A DNA stretch of 64,000 nt, taken from Isosphaeraceae bacterium. Its GTDB lineage: Bacteria; Planctomycetota; Planctomycetia; Isosphaerales; Isosphaeraceae. A program made the translations under genes and the position numbers. Under the pieces are notes generated by a model. The model was not told the DNA's origin, searched no databases, and saw nothing but the letters and a program-made list of their open reading frames with translations. Location: the NCBI GenBank assembly GCA_965201075.1, contig CBDAVP010000016.1, positions 1 to 64,000 on the forward strand, written 5' to 3'. Shown piece after piece: positions 26,041 through 38,969 of this stretch (its first letter is position 1; every line of letters starts with the position of its first letter).

Positions 26041-27690
26041 ATGAGCCGGACCCGACGCGCGACCTGGACGTATGGGACCAACGTGATCTTCACGGTGGTC
26101 ACGATGTTCACGGGATTGTTCGCCTCGCCGCTGATCACCAAGTGGATCGGTGGTCCGGCGCCTTATGGCTATTACCAGGCGGCCCTGGCCCTGGGCGGCT
26201 TCGTCCTGCTGCTGGAGTTGGGGCTGGGCGGCGGGATGATGGCCCTGCTGTCGAGGGCGGTGGGTCGGGGGGATCAGGCCGAGATCCGCCAGACGTTGGC
26301 CGCGGGGATTCGCCTGTCCGGCAAGGTCTGTTTGCTGATGGTCGCCGCGGGGTTGGGCGTGGCCCTGGGGATGCCCTATCTGGGTCGTTTGGGACTTGAG
26401 CCGATCGACCCTCGGTATCTGCGGAGCGTGCAAGTCGGGTTCGTCCTGTTCTCACTGGGTTTCCTCATGGTGCCTTTCCAGCCGTTCCGAGCGCTGATGG
26501 AGGCACGGCAGCGGGGTTACTTCATCAATTTGCTGGTGATCTCGCAGACGCTGTTGATTACGGGCCTGTCGCTAGGGTTCGCCTATTCCGGGTTGGGGAT
26601 CGCCGGGATGTTTCTGGCGACACTGCTGGGGACCTTAGTGGTGCCGGTGATCCTGGCGGCGCAGGGGTTGGCGAGTTATCCGGGGGTGATCCGGGAGGCG
26701 GTGACCCGGCCGGCGCCGGCGGCCCTTCGCCGATCCCTCTGGGACCAGAATCGCGCGAGTATGATCTTGAACGTGTGCGGTCGGCTGTCGCTGTACACCG
26801 ACTCGCTATACCTGGTGACCATGATGGGTGGGGCGTCGGTGGCGTCGGTGGCGTTCACCTCGGCGCTGGCGGGGATGGCCAAGAACCAACTTTTGGCCGT
26901 GGGCTCGGCCGTTTGGGCGGGGTTGGCCGAGATCCGCTTGCGGGGCGATCACGGGCTGTTCGAGAAGAGGTTCTTGGAGATCAATCGTGTGCTGGCGGTC
27001 CTGGGCCTGACGGTGTTGCTGCCGATCGCGGCGTACACCCGGGATTTCACGGGGCTTTGGATGCGTGAGTTCCCGGTGTACGCCGGGGATGGGGTGTTGC
27101 TGGTGGCGGTGGCCAATGCGTTGCTGTTGCCGTTCGCTTCGTTGTGGGGATGGGTGTTCCAGGGCCAAGGACGGACGCCGAGGCTGGTGGGCATGACGAT
27201 CGTCTCGACGGTCTTGAACGTGGGAATCAGCGTCGCGGCGACTCGTCAGTTGGGGATGGTCGGGCCGCTTCTGGGAACCTTGCTGTCACTGGTGTTGTAT
27301 CAACTCTGGATGATCCCACGGTTGTTGTGGGAGGAGTTTCGAATCTCGCCGCGCCGTTTGACCCTGGCCATCGTGCCGTCGATGGTACTGGGCGTGCCGA
27401 TTGGGTTGGTAATCTGGTGGTTTTCTCGACGATGGCCGGCGTCGGACTGGTTCGGTTTGATCTTGCGGATGGGGATGGCGTCGCTGGTTTATCCGATTTT
27501 GGCGTGGTTCCTGGTTCTGGATCGCGAGGAGCGGGCGCTCTGGACGGACCGGGCAAGGCCGCTGCTGGGCCGGTTCCTGCCGGTTCCGGACGCGCCTCCG
27601 GTGGGCCCGCTTGATTCGAGCCCCGATGGGGGGATTCCGGAAGTCGAGGGGACCGAGGTGGCGGGACCGGGACCGGGTCGGGTTGACTGA
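26041..27690 (+). CDS. Wzx/MOP-family polysaccharide flippase
   Basis: About 14 TM segments, with an N-terminal SPLITKWIGGPAPYG...LLELGLG pattern typical of Wzx. Confidence 0.8.
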   Translation: MSRTRRATWTYGTNVIFTVVTMFTGLFASPLITKWIGGPAPYGYYQAALALGGFVLLLELGLGGGMMALLSRAVGRGDQAEIRQTLAAGIRLSGKVCLLMVAAGLGVALGMPYLGRLGLEPIDPRYLRSVQVGFVLFSLGFLMVPFQPFRALMEARQRGYFINLLVISQTLLITGLSLGFAYSGLGIAGMFLATLLGTLVVPVILAAQGLASYPGVIREAVTRPAPAALRRSLWDQNRASMILNVCGRLSLYTDSLYLVTMMGGASVASVAFTSALAGMAKNQLLAVGSAVWAGLAEIRLRGDHGLFEKRFLEINRVLAVLGLTVLLPIAAYTRDFTGLWMREFPVYAGDGVLLVAVANALLLPFASLWGWVFQGQGRTPRLVGMTIVSTVLNVGISVAATRQLGMVGPLLGTLLSLVLYQLWMIPRLLWEEFRISPRRLTLAIVPSMVLGVPIGLVIWWFSRRWPASDWFGLILRMGMASLVYPILAWFLVLDREERALWTDRARPLLGRFLPVPDAPPVGPLDSSPDGGIPEVEGTEVAGPGPGRVD

Positions 27691-27882
27691 CCTTGTCAGG
27701 GTTGTCGACGGGGGGTAAGGTGCCGCCGCTTCATCGAGTCGACCCCTCGACGCTGCCTCGGGCGGGGGCAAGGACGACTCCCGCGCCGACGATCGACCCA
27801 GGGAGCCAGCCGCCTCGGCCGCCCGTCCGGAGGGATGCCGGGCCGGGGGACGGTGGCGACCGAATCGAAGGAGCGGGACACG

Positions 27883-28359
27883 ATGATGAGCGGGTCACGG
27901 AAGACCTGGGCCTGGCGAGGGTCCGCCCTGGCGGTCGCGTTGGTGGCCGGGATCGGGGCGATCGCGAGCGCGGCCGAGGATGAGGTCGCCAACAACGTCA
28001 CGCTGGAGTTGAAGATCGCCGGGCTCGGCCCCAAGGGGTGCGAGGTCGAGATCAAGGCGGGGCACCCCGGTTGTTCGTTTGATGGGATGCCGAGACGGTT
28101 CAGCGTCAAGGGCGGGGCGTCGGACGCGGTGCAAAAGACGGCGCCGATCAAGCTGGTGGCCCGTAGCACCAGTGCTGACCGGGATTGCATGTTCGCGATC
28201 ACGATCAAGGAGCCGGGCAAGGCGCCCCGCACGGTGCGACGGGGCCTGAGCCTGGAGCCCGCCAAGGCCGGCGAGCCGATGCCGTCGCGACACCTGACCT
28301 GCTACCTGAGCACGCCGTCGTTGGCGGCGAAGGACTCCCCTGCCCCTCGCCGTCGCTAA
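27883..28359 (+). CDS. Secreted hypothetical protein
   Basis: AAGGAG RBS, a signal peptide ending ASA-AE, and four cysteines. Confidence 0.7.
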   Translation: MMSGSRKTWAWRGSALAVALVAGIGAIASAAEDEVANNVTLELKIAGLGPKGCEVEIKAGHPGCSFDGMPRRFSVKGGASDAVQKTAPIKLVARSTSADRDCMFAITIKEPGKAPRTVRRGLSLEPAKAGEPMPSRHLTCYLSTPSLAAKDSPAPRRR

Positions 28360-28508
28360 GGCGACCGCTCGGAGGCTGGCGGCGGTCCGCCGCTCGATCA
28401 AGAATCCGGGCCCCCCGGCCTGCGTCCCTCGTTTGGGGGTCGCGGGCCGGGGGGCCCTGGTGTTTTTCGCGTTTCCTCGGCCGACGGTGGTCTGTCGAGG
28501 ACGTGGAA

Positions 28509-28787
28509 TCATCCGGTCGAGGAACTCGTGAGTTCGTCGCGGGGCGAAGTGAGGGTGGCGGTGGGGGTGGCGGTGGTGGTGGTGGTGGGGCGGGGTACGG
28601 CGTCGAAACTCATCAGGAACTGGCCGGTGGCGGAGTGCATCGTCACCGAGAATCCCGCGGTGGCGAACGCCTCGGCGCTACGGGAAGCGCGGGCGAAGTC
28701 GTTGAAGGCACGGTGCATGTAAGCCCCGGGCCTGTTGATCCTCAGGAGGATCGTCGGGCTGGGCGATCCCGTTCTGGTGCGCGACAT
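28509..28787 (-). CDS. Small hypothetical protein
   Basis: GGAG RBS before the ATG at 28787; Thr-rich tail; no family recognised. Confidence 0.4.
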   Translation of the reverse strand: MSRTRTGSPSPTILLRINRPGAYMHRAFNDFARASRSAEAFATAGFSVTMHSATGQFLMSFDAVPRPTTTTTATPTATLTSPRDELTSSSTG

Positions 28788-29008
28788 TGAAAAGCTCCGG
28801 CGGGATGGGGGCGTCATCGCTCGAGTCCCCGCCCAAATCAACGGTAGGCCACGGTCGGGCGGGATTGGGTGCGTGCGGAGGGAGGATTTCGAGATTGCCG
28901 CGCCGGGCGATTGCGGTTGACCGCTTGAACGATTGGACCTAAAGTCTCGGCCGAATTGCGCCGAGACTTGAACGTTTTTCTCGGCGGTCGGTCACAAGGA
29001 GGGGACTG

Positions 29009-30241
29009 ATGAGCCGCAAGCGATGCCGGGTCCGGTTGGGACAGGTGGTCGGGGGCTTAACGCTGGCGTTGCTGGGGGCGTTGACCGAGGCGACCGCGCA
29101 GTCTGGCCGTGGGTTGCTGTCAGGGCGGGGGGCCACGAGCAAGCCGGCACCGGCCGCCTCGGCCAACAAGGCCACGGTGGGAAGCGACAAAGAGTTCGCG
29201 ATCAAGCCCACGGTGTTGCCGGTCAACCCCGGCGACGCGATCGCGGTGGTCAACGGCGAGGTGATTAGCCGCCAGGAACTGGCCAATGAGTGCGTCGCCC
29301 GCAAGGGGGACGAGATCCTGGAGACGATGATCGCCCGCAAGCTGATCGAGCAGGAGATCAAAACCAAGGGACTGACGGTCACCTCGGCCGAGATTGACCA
29401 GGAGATCGACCGGGTCGCTCAGTCGATGGCCGGCGTGGGTCGCGAGGCCTGGCTGCGGACCCTGCACAAGGAGCGGGGAATTAGCCCGGTGCAGTATGCC
29501 CGGGACATCATCTACCCGACGCTGGCCCTGCGCAAGTTGGCCTTGCCCCTGGTGGCGATCAGCCCGAAGGACTACGAAGAGAACTTCGCGACCAGCTTCG
29601 GCGAGAAGTTGCGGTGCCGGATGATCATGTTCAATAAGTTGCAGGCGGCCAAGGAAGTGTGGGAGGAGCTGAAGAAGAATCCGGATCGGTTCGACAAGAT
29701 CGCCAAGGACGACCCGAGGTCGATCGACCAGGGAACGCGGTCGCTGGGAGGGTTGATGGCCGAGCCGGTGCGGCGGTTCGCCGAACCCAAGGACATCTCC
29801 AAGGCGGTGTTCCATGACCTGGTCGACGGCGACCCGACCGATTCGGACAAGTCTCGCAAGCCGAAGGATGGGGACATCAGCGGGATCGTCCAGGTCACCA
29901 GCGAGAGCTGGGTCATCTTTAAAAGGGAGTCGCTGGAGGCGGCCGAGAAGCATGACCCCAACGACCCGAACCTGCGGAAGTACCTGACCGACGCGATTCG
30001 CGAGAACAAGGTCAAGGACGAGATGGGCAAGATCTACGAGGCCATGATGCGCAAGGCCAAGATCGAGAATCGCCTGACCGGCCTGGACCGCGACCCGACG
30101 CAGGAGAAGGCCGACATGGCGCAGGCCGGACTGCGCAGCGTGGACCGCGAGGTGAAGCTCAGTTCCGACCCGAACGGGGCGATGCCGGAGCATCCGACCT
30201 TGCCGTCGATCTCGGGCTTGCGAGGCCCCTCGGGCAAGTAA
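29009..30241 (+). CDS. PpiC/SurA/PrsA-type peptidyl-prolyl isomerase (foldase)
   Basis: Signal peptide, IAVVNGEVISRQEL SurA-N-like region, and parvulin-like FDKIAKDD..SID..GG motif. Confidence 0.85.
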   Translation: MSRKRCRVRLGQVVGGLTLALLGALTEATAQSGRGLLSGRGATSKPAPAASANKATVGSDKEFAIKPTVLPVNPGDAIAVVNGEVISRQELANECVARKGDEILETMIARKLIEQEIKTKGLTVTSAEIDQEIDRVAQSMAGVGREAWLRTLHKERGISPVQYARDIIYPTLALRKLALPLVAISPKDYEENFATSFGEKLRCRMIMFNKLQAAKEVWEELKKNPDRFDKIAKDDPRSIDQGTRSLGGLMAEPVRRFAEPKDISKAVFHDLVDGDPTDSDKSRKPKDGDISGIVQVTSESWVIFKRESLEAAEKHDPNDPNLRKYLTDAIRENKVKDEMGKIYEAMMRKAKIENRLTGLDRDPTQEKADMAQAGLRSVDREVKLSSDPNGAMPEHPTLPSISGLRGPSGK

Positions 30242-30282
30242 GCCATTCACCGATTCGCGACCACCACGATCGGAAATTGAAC

Positions 30283-30318
30283 CGGGCCGGTCGAGGAGAA
30301 CCCTCGACCGGCCCGTTT
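30283..30318 (+). terminator. Intrinsic (possibly bidirectional) terminator
   Basis: cgggccggtcgagg-agaac-cctcgaccggcccg-ttt, a 14-bp perfect stem. Confidence 0.75.
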
Positions 30319-30544
30319 CGCATTTATCAAAAATCAAGACGAAGCCCGGGAGCCGAGGTTGGCTGAGTCAAGGGCGGGTGAGTCGAAGGTGACCGGTCGG
30401 CCGTCCTGTGGTCAGGAGAGTGTATCGACCTGGGCGGCGTCGGAGATTCGGAAAACTGGGAGCGGAATGGGGGGATGGCGACTCGTGGGCCCGAAGAATT
30501 CTCCCAGGCCCTCCGGTCGATGCGGGGCGGGTTGCTGATTTGGG

Positions 30545-31726
30545 TCAGACGTTGGGGCGATTGATGCCCTCGGCGGGGCGGTCGGATCCGGTGGGGCGGT
30601 TGATGATGTCGGAAGGGCGCTCGCCGGTGGCAATTCCCGTCCCCGAGCCGGAGCCGGAGCCGGAGCCGGATCGCGAGGGGATCGAGCCAGTGTCGAGCCG
30701 GCCAAAGATCATCCGCCCGGCGCTGGTCTGGAGGACGCTGGTGACGGTCAGGCGGACGAGCTCGCCGACGCGCTGGGCGGCCTGCTCGATGACGATCATG
30801 GTGCCGTCATCGAGGTAGCCGACGCCCTGGCCGGGCTCTTCCCCGCGTTTGATGAGCTTGACCATCAGGCTTTCGCCGGGGAGGACGACCGGCTTGACGG
30901 CGTTGGCCAGGTCGTTGAGGTTGATGACCTCGACGCCCTGGAGGCGGGCGATCTTGTTGAGGTTGTAGTCGTTGGTGACGACCTTGCCCTTGAGGTGCTT
31001 GGCCAGGATGACCAATCGTTGGTCGACCTCGCGGATGGAGGCGAGCTCGGGAATCTCGCCGTCGTGGATCTGGACGTCGATCCCCTCGAACTTCTGGAGG
31101 CGATTGAGGATGTCAAGGCCGCGGCGTCCCCGGTTACGGCGGAGCTTGTCGGCGCTATCGGCGATTCCCTGGAGTTCCTGGAGAACGAAGCGGGGGATAA
31201 TCAAAGGCTGGTCGAGGATATGGGTCTCGGCCACGTCGGCGATTCGGCCGTCGATAATGACGGAGGTGTCGAGAACTAGAGGATAGAGCCCCTTGACCTC
31301 TCGGCTGAACTCCATATAGGGAATGATGAAACGAAAGTCGTCCTTGGTCTGAAGCAGGGTGCTGATGCAGACGTAGCAGATGATGATCTGGAGCAGAAAT
31401 TTAATCGCCTGGGGAATTTCGTCGGCGGCGGCGAGTTTGGGGTCGGTGTTGGCGACCGAGGCGATCCATTTCAGGGTGGGGTCGATGGCCAGGTTCAGGG
31501 CGAAGCTGAGGATCAGGCCGACGATCAGGCCGAAGTAGACCGCCGAGATCGATTGGACGCGCTTACGGGGGGTCAGAAGGTCGACCAGGATGACGACGAT
31601 GGCCGAGGTCAAGCCCACGACGAAGACGACCGCGGGGTTGACCGACGCCGTGGAGGCCCGGGCCGTCTGCACGGCGAGGCCGGCGACGACGAGGACGAAG
31701 ATCGCGCGGATGATGACCAGGAGCAT
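30545..31726 (-). CDS. Membrane-anchored PIN/TRAM-domain protein (YacL-like)
   Basis: [46 protein letters not shown] and [11 protein letters not shown] motifs. Confidence 0.92.
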   Translation of the reverse strand: MLLVIIRAIFVLVVAGLAVQTARASTASVNPAVVFVVGLTSAIVVILVDLLTPRKRVQSISAVYFGLIVGLILSFALNLAIDPTLKWIASVANTDPKLAAADEIPQAIKFLLQIIICYVCISTLLQTKDDFRFIIPYMEFSREVKGLYPLVLDTSVIIDGRIADVAETHILDQPLIIPRFVLQELQGIADSADKLRRNRGRRGLDILNRLQKFEGIDVQIHDGEIPELASIREVDQRLVILAKHLKGKVVTNDYNLNKIARLQGVEVINLNDLANAVKPVVLPGESLMVKLIKRGEEPGQGVGYLDDGTMIVIEQAAQRVGELVRLTVTSVLQTSAGRMIFGRLDTGSIPSRSGSGSGSGSGTGIATGERPSDIINRPTGSDRPAEGINRPNV

Positions 31727-31824
31727 GGCCGGGGCAACCTTATTTAATGTGGCGGCGCGGTGGCCGAGGCGGTCGGGGTCGGGGTCGGGGTCGGGAGGTT
31801 GGTCGTCGTCGAGGGGCGGCAGGG

Positions 31825-32334
31825 TCAGTCTCGGGAAGGCAGCTCGGCAAGCAATCGATCATAAAAGGCGGCAAGGCTCTCCACAATAACCTTTGTCTGG
31901 CCCAGCACCGGCATGAAATTGGTGTCGCCGTCCCAGCGAGGGACAATGTGCCAGTGGAGGTGACCGGGGAGCCCGGCGCCGGCGGACTTGCCGAGGTTCA
32001 GGCCGACATTGTAGCCCTGGGGGCGTAACATGCGGTCCAGAGCGGCCACGCAGAGGCGGACGGTTTCCAGTGGCTCGGTCAGCGCGGGGCCTTCCAGTGC
32101 GTCGAGGGTTCCCTCGTGGACAAGGGGGGCGACCAGGAGGTGTCCGTTGTTGTAGGGGTAGCGGTTCAGGAAGACCGCTGAGTGAGGGCGTCGCCAGGCG
32201 AGGAGGTTGGCGCGGTCGTCGCGGTCGGCGAGTCCTCGGCAGAGGAAGCAGGCGGGCTGATCCCCCGGGGCGGGCTGGGGTTCGGGAGGTTGCTGGATGT
32301 ATTGGGCTCGCCAGGGGGCCCAGAGGAGGTCCAT
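31825..32334 (-). CDS. HIT-family nucleotide hydrolase (FHIT/Ap4A-type)
   Basis: [17 protein letters not shown] and [13 protein letters not shown] motifs. Confidence 0.93.
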   Translation of the reverse strand: MDLLWAPWRAQYIQQPPEPQPAPGDQPACFLCRGLADRDDRANLLAWRRPHSAVFLNRYPYNNGHLLVAPLVHEGTLDALEGPALTEPLETVRLCVAALDRMLRPQGYNVGLNLGKSAGAGLPGHLHWHIVPRWDGDTNFMPVLGQTKVIVESLAAFYDRLLAELPSRD

Positions 32335-33104
32335 GTTCGGTCCGAGGCTGGGGGAAGGCGCGGTCGGCCGGTTGGAACCCGGGTCGCGTTGGCGATGGAG
32401 GGAAACTGGAGTTCGATCTTACCGGCGTCAGGGTGTCGGGGCCAAGCGGTTGGGGCCAAGGGGCCCGCGTCGGTCCCAGACGCCAGGAGCGGGACGACCA
32501 GGCCGGCCGGTCCGCAGCGCCACCAGGGTCGGCCCAGGACCTCGGCGTGGGGGACGAGTTCGGCCGGGTGATCGTTGGGCGCGTGGGGGGGGTGCCGGCG
32601 GACCAGCAGGAAGCCGTCGGGGACCTCGAACGTGAGAGACTCGACCCGGAGGACGCCCTCGGCGTTGACGTCCATGCCGGGGATGGCCATGACCCGGGCC
32701 AGACTCCCCCGCCCTTCTTCGCGGCGGAGCCAGACCCAGTCTCCCGGAGCGGGGACCTGGCGGCTGAAACTGGCGCGATCGATCAGGTAGCGGCCGTCGC
32801 CGTCGGAGCTGGGCCAGGCGTGGGTGGCGGCCAGGACCAGGACGGGCCCATAACCTCCCAGGCCCAGCGATCCGAACGCGAAACCGTGGGTGGCCCAAGG
32901 GCCGATGCCGGGGAAGTTCCGCGAGCGTAGGACCGCGGCGAGGCCGGCGCCTTGCAGGAGGAACGCCAGGGCGAGGGCGGGCAGGCCCAGGGGGGTTCCC
33001 CACGAGCCGGCGGCCATCAGGGCCGAGGCGGCGAGGCCCACGCTCCAGGGGATCTGGCGGGCGAGGGGGCGTCGCGCCTGGGGGGGGGAGTCCGGCTTGG
33101 GCAT
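32166..33104 (-). CDS. Membrane protein with a degenerate S26 signal-peptidase-like domain
   Basis: TM helices, then PAPGDWVW, ARVMAIPG, VPDGFLLV and LVPHAEVLGR, echoing S26 boxes but without obvious catalytic Ser/Lys. Both ends are uncertain. Confidence 0.45.
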   Translation of the reverse strand: MPKPDSPPQARRPLARQIPWSVGLAASALMAAGSWGTPLGLPALALAFLLQGAGLAAVLRSRNFPGIGPWATHGFAFGSLGLGGYGPVLVLAATHAWPSSDGDGRYLIDRASFSRQVPAPGDWVWLRREEGRGSLARVMAIPGMDVNAEGVLRVESLTFEVPDGFLLVRRHPPHAPNDHPAELVPHAEVLGRPWWRCGPAGLVVPLLASGTDAGPLAPTAWPRHPDAGKIELQFPSIANATRVPTGRPRLPPASDRTWTSSGPPGEPNTSSNLPNPSPPRGISPPASSAEDSPTATTAPTSSPGDALTQRSS

Positions 33105-33361
33105 GCGCGGTCTCTCGGAGGCGTCACGGTCGGGGGGGATCATCGGTCCCAGCACCGGACATACGCGGCCAGGGTCTCAGATAAGATGGGCGGCGTTTTG
33201 GGGGAGTTGGGGCGGGTCTCTTGGGAGATCCGGCGCATTTTTTGGGTTGGAATCTCGGTCGGGTGGGGAAAATCGGCGTTTGGGTCGAACCTGAGAGGGG
33301 GGGCTGTTCGTAGGAACAGGTTGCCAGGTTGGGGCGGTGGGTTGGTGATGCGTGGGTGGGG

Positions 33362-33391
33362 TTGACGGGCGGTTCCCGGCGGGTCTACGAT
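33362..33391 (+). promoter_or_regulatory. Sigma-70-type promoter upstream of fusA
   Basis: TTGACG-18 nt-TACGAT. Confidence 0.5.
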
Positions 33392-33630
33392 AGTGCGCCC
33401 TCCGCGAGCGCCCCCAGTCCCTTGCCGCGTTTGCTCGGCCGGCGTGGTCCCCCGGGACTGGCCGGCACCGCCCGATGGGGTCGGCCCCGACGACCCCCCC
33501 TCGGCGTGCGATCTCGAATGATCGGCCTGTCTTGTGACGACGGGCCGAGCGACCCCCGACCCGCTTGCGTCAGGATGTCTTGGCGGCGATGGATCGGATC
33601 GCCGTTCCCTTGAAGACGGTAATGCCACCC

Positions 33631-35730
<2,100 letters not shown>

Positions 35731-35836
35731 TCGGGAGTTACGGCCGGACGAGGGTTTCGCTCGAATGCCTCCGACGAGATCGATCCGACGCCTGGTTTCC
35801 CCGAGGGGAGGCCGGGCGTCGGTCGTTTCCGGCAAC

Positions 35837-35866
35837 TTGACGCAATGCGGGACGGCCCGTTAAGCT
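35837..35866 (+). promoter_or_regulatory. Sigma-70-type promoter upstream of ppdK
   Basis: TTGACG-18 nt-TAAGCT. Confidence 0.45.
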
Positions 35867-35936
35867 GCGGGCGAACGATGACTTACGCGCGCACAACTGG
35901 ATGGCGCGCGGCAACCGTGGGGAGCAGCTCAGGCCC

Positions 35937-38612
35937 ATGTCCGACCCTCAGAAGCATGTCTACTCGTTCGGCGGCGGCAAGGCCGAGGGTAAGGCGGAGA
36001 TGAAGGCCCTGCTGGGCGGCAAGGGGGCCAACCTCGCGGAAATGAGCGTGCTGGGCATCCCCGTGCCCCCCGGGTTCACGATCACCACGGAAGTTTGCGC
36101 CTCGTACTACGAGAACGGGCGGAAACTGCCCGATGCGTGCAAGCCGCAGGTCGAGGCGGCCGTTGAGCTGATGGAGAAGCAGGTCGGCAAGACCTTCGGA
36201 GACCCGGTCGACCCGTTGTTGGTCAGCGTTCGCTCGGGCGCGGCACTGTCGATGCCCGGGATGATGAACACCATCCTGAACCTGGGGCTGTCGGATGCCT
36301 CGGTCGCGGGGTTGGCGAAGAAGACCGGCAACGAGCGGTTCGCCTTTGACGGGTATCGCCGGTTGATCGACATGTTCGGCTCGACGGCGATGGGTGTCGA
36401 TCACGAGCATTTCGAGCATGAACTCCACTCGTTGAAGCACGAGAAAGGGGTCAAGCTCGACACCGACCTGACCGCTGATGACCTGAAAGAACTGGTCAAG
36501 CGATACAAGGCGGTTTACAAGTCGCACGTGGGCAAGGACTTCCCGCAGGACGCCCGCGAGCAGCTTTGGGCTTCGGTGATGGCGGTGTTCAACTCGTGGG
36601 AGGGGAAGAAGGCGATTGAGTACCGGCGGATCGAGCGGATCACCGGGCTGAAGGGGACGGCCGTCAATGTCCAGGCGATGGTCTTCGGCAACACGGGCAA
36701 TGGCTCGGGAACGGGAGTGGCGTTCACCCGCGACCCAAACACTGGCGAGAACGTCTTTTACGGCGACTACCTCATCAACGCCCAGGGCGAGGACGTGGTG
36801 GCCGGCATCCGCACCCCCGAGCCGATCAGCCGGCTTCACGAGGAGATGCCCAAGGTTTACGAAGAGTTGATGGCCATCCGCGAGAAACTCGAGTCGCACT
36901 ACAAGGAGATGCAGGACATCGAGTTCACCGTCGAGGAGGGGACCCTGTACATGCTGCAAACCCGGACCGGGAAGCGGACCGGGTCGGCGGCGGTGCGGAC
37001 GGCGGTGGAGATGGTCCAGGAAGGATTGATCGACCAGAAGACGGCGCTTCAACGGGTCAGCCCCGAGAGCCTCAACCACTTGCTGTTGCCGCAGTTGGAC
37101 CCGAAGGCCAAGGCGGAGGTGGCGGCTCAGGGGATCGCCGCGAGCCCGGGCGCCGCGTCGGGCAAGGTGGTGCTTTCGGCCGATGCGGCGGTGCAGTATG
37201 CCGCCGATCACCCGGATGAGCCGATTCTGCTCGTCCGCAAGGAGACCAGCCCCGAGGACGTGGCCGGGATGCACCTGGCCAAGGGGATTTTGACCTCCAC
37301 CGGAGGCAAGGCCAGCCACGCGGCGGTCGTTGCCCGAGGGTGGGGCAAGCCCTGCGTGGTCGGTTGCGAGGCGCTGCAGATCAACGATGCGGCGCAGACG
37401 ATCACGCTGGCCGGGAAGACGGTCAAGGCGGGCGATTTCCTGACGATCAACGGGACGACCGGCGACGTGATGATCGGCCAGATGCCGACTGTGGCGCCCA
37501 CGATCTCGGGGACGTTCGCCACGATGATGGAGTGGGCCGACGGGGTGCGGACGTTGAAGATTCGCGCCAATGCCGACGCTCCCAAGGATGCCCAGAAGGC
37601 CCGGGAGTTCGGCGCCGAGGGGATCGGGCTGTGCCGGACCGAGCACATGTTCTTCGGCGATCAGCGGATCGTCGCGATGCGGAAGATGATCCTGGCTGAC
37701 GACGAGGCCGGGCGGAAGGCGGCGTTGGCCGAGATCGAGCCGTTCCAGAAGGATGACTTCGTCGGCCTGTTCGAGGCGATGGACGGCCTGCCGGTGACGA
37801 TCCGCCTGCTGGACCCTCCGCTGCACGAGTTCTTGCCCCACGACGAGAAGGGGGCGGCCGAGGTCGCGTCGCAGTTGGGGGTTTCGGTCGAGAAGGTCAA
37901 GGAACGAGTGGAGAAGCTCCACGAGTTCAACCCGATGCTCGGGTTCCGCGGCTGTCGGTTGCCGATCGTTTACCCCGAGATCGGCGACATGCAGGTGCGG
38001 GCGATCATCGAGGCGGCCGTCGAGGTGAAGAAGAAGGGGAAGTCGGTCCTGCCCGAGATCATGATTCCGCTGGTTGGGACCGTCGAGGAGCTGATCCTGT
38101 TGAAGAAGCGGACGATCGCCGTGGCCGACGAGGTGATGAAGAAGGCCGGGACGACGGTGGAATACCTGATCGGCACAATGATCGAGGTGCCCCGAGCGGC
38201 GCTGGTGGCCGACAAGATCGCCGAGGAGGCCCAGTTCTTCTCGTTCGGGACCAACGACCTGACCCAGATGACCTTCGGCTTCAGCCGGGACGACATCAAG
38301 GGGTTCATGGGCACGTACCTCAAGGAAAAGATCCTGCCGGTCGACCCGTTCCAGTCGCTGGACGTCAACGGGGTGGGGCAGTTGATCGAGATGGGTGTCA
38401 AGAAAGGCCGGGCCGGTCGTAAGACCAAGACTGGCGAGCATTTGAAGGTGGGGATCTGCGGGGAACATGGGGGCGATCCCGACAGCGTGGCGTTTTGCCA
38501 CAAGGTCGGAATGGATTACGTGTCGTGCTCGCCGTTCCGGGTGCCGATCGCCCGTCTGGCCGCGGCCCAAGCGGCGCTGGCCAAGGGGGAGACGACCTCT
38601 CGCGACCGCTGA
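35937..38612 (+). CDS. ppdK: Pyruvate, phosphate dikinase
   Basis: LLGGKGANLAEM, SMPGMM, GGKASHAAVVARG (phospho-His), GIGLCRTEHMF and FFSFGTNDLTQ motifs. Confidence 0.98.
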   Translation: MSDPQKHVYSFGGGKAEGKAEMKALLGGKGANLAEMSVLGIPVPPGFTITTEVCASYYENGRKLPDACKPQVEAAVELMEKQVGKTFGDPVDPLLVSVRSGAALSMPGMMNTILNLGLSDASVAGLAKKTGNERFAFDGYRRLIDMFGSTAMGVDHEHFEHELHSLKHEKGVKLDTDLTADDLKELVKRYKAVYKSHVGKDFPQDAREQLWASVMAVFNSWEGKKAIEYRRIERITGLKGTAVNVQAMVFGNTGNGSGTGVAFTRDPNTGENVFYGDYLINAQGEDVVAGIRTPEPISRLHEEMPKVYEELMAIREKLESHYKEMQDIEFTVEEGTLYMLQTRTGKRTGSAAVRTAVEMVQEGLIDQKTALQRVSPESLNHLLLPQLDPKAKAEVAAQGIAASPGAASGKVVLSADAAVQYAADHPDEPILLVRKETSPEDVAGMHLAKGILTSTGGKASHAAVVARGWGKPCVVGCEALQINDAAQTITLAGKTVKAGDFLTINGTTGDVMIGQMPTVAPTISGTFATMMEWADGVRTLKIRANADAPKDAQKAREFGAEGIGLCRTEHMFFGDQRIVAMRKMILADDEAGRKAALAEIEPFQKDDFVGLFEAMDGLPVTIRLLDPPLHEFLPHDEKGAAEVASQLGVSVEKVKERVEKLHEFNPMLGFRGCRLPIVYPEIGDMQVRAIIEAAVEVKKKGKSVLPEIMIPLVGTVEELILLKKRTIAVADEVMKKAGTTVEYLIGTMIEVPRAALVADKIAEEAQFFSFGTNDLTQMTFGFSRDDIKGFMGTYLKEKILPVDPFQSLDVNGVGQLIEMGVKKGRAGRKTKTGEHLKVGICGEHGGDPDSVAFCHKVGMDYVSCSPFRVPIARLAAAQAALAKGETTSRDR

Positions 38613-38654
38613 GATGTCGCGGGTTTGACGGTTCGTCCGTGAGACATTCGATCG

Positions 38655-38685
38655 AGGGCCGGCGCCGTTCGAGGCGCCGGCCCTT
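38655..38685 (+). terminator. Hairpin after ppdK
   Basis: agggccggcgcc-gttcga-ggcgccggccct, a 12-bp stem with a weak U-tract. Confidence 0.6.
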
Positions 38686-38969
38686 CGCGTTGAGCGGACC
38701 AGCCTGGGGAACTTGTTTGCGGCCGGTCGCTGTGCTAGCCTGAGAGAGACTTGCGCGCTCAACCCGTTGCGGGGTTGGACGATAGTCATTCGTCCGATCC
38801 CCAGGTTCTCCGGGGCGCGCGGGTCGTCTCGGGTAGGTCGGTCGGACTTAATGCGACGTCTCGCCAATGGCTCCTTCGCCCGGCTGGCCCATCGATGGGC
38901 CGGGGGGTGGAGTGCGTGCGGCGGTGTTTTGTCCGCGAACGGTCTGTGTCCCCGGCGGAGGGTTTTGTC

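Noticed and set aside
30645..30670. (GAGCCG)n tandem repeat
   Set aside because: It encodes an in-frame Gly-Ser linker in the PIN/TRAM protein tail.
31771..31795. (GGGGTC)x4 intergenic microsatellite
   Set aside because: It is short, with no evidence of function or length variation from a single sequence.
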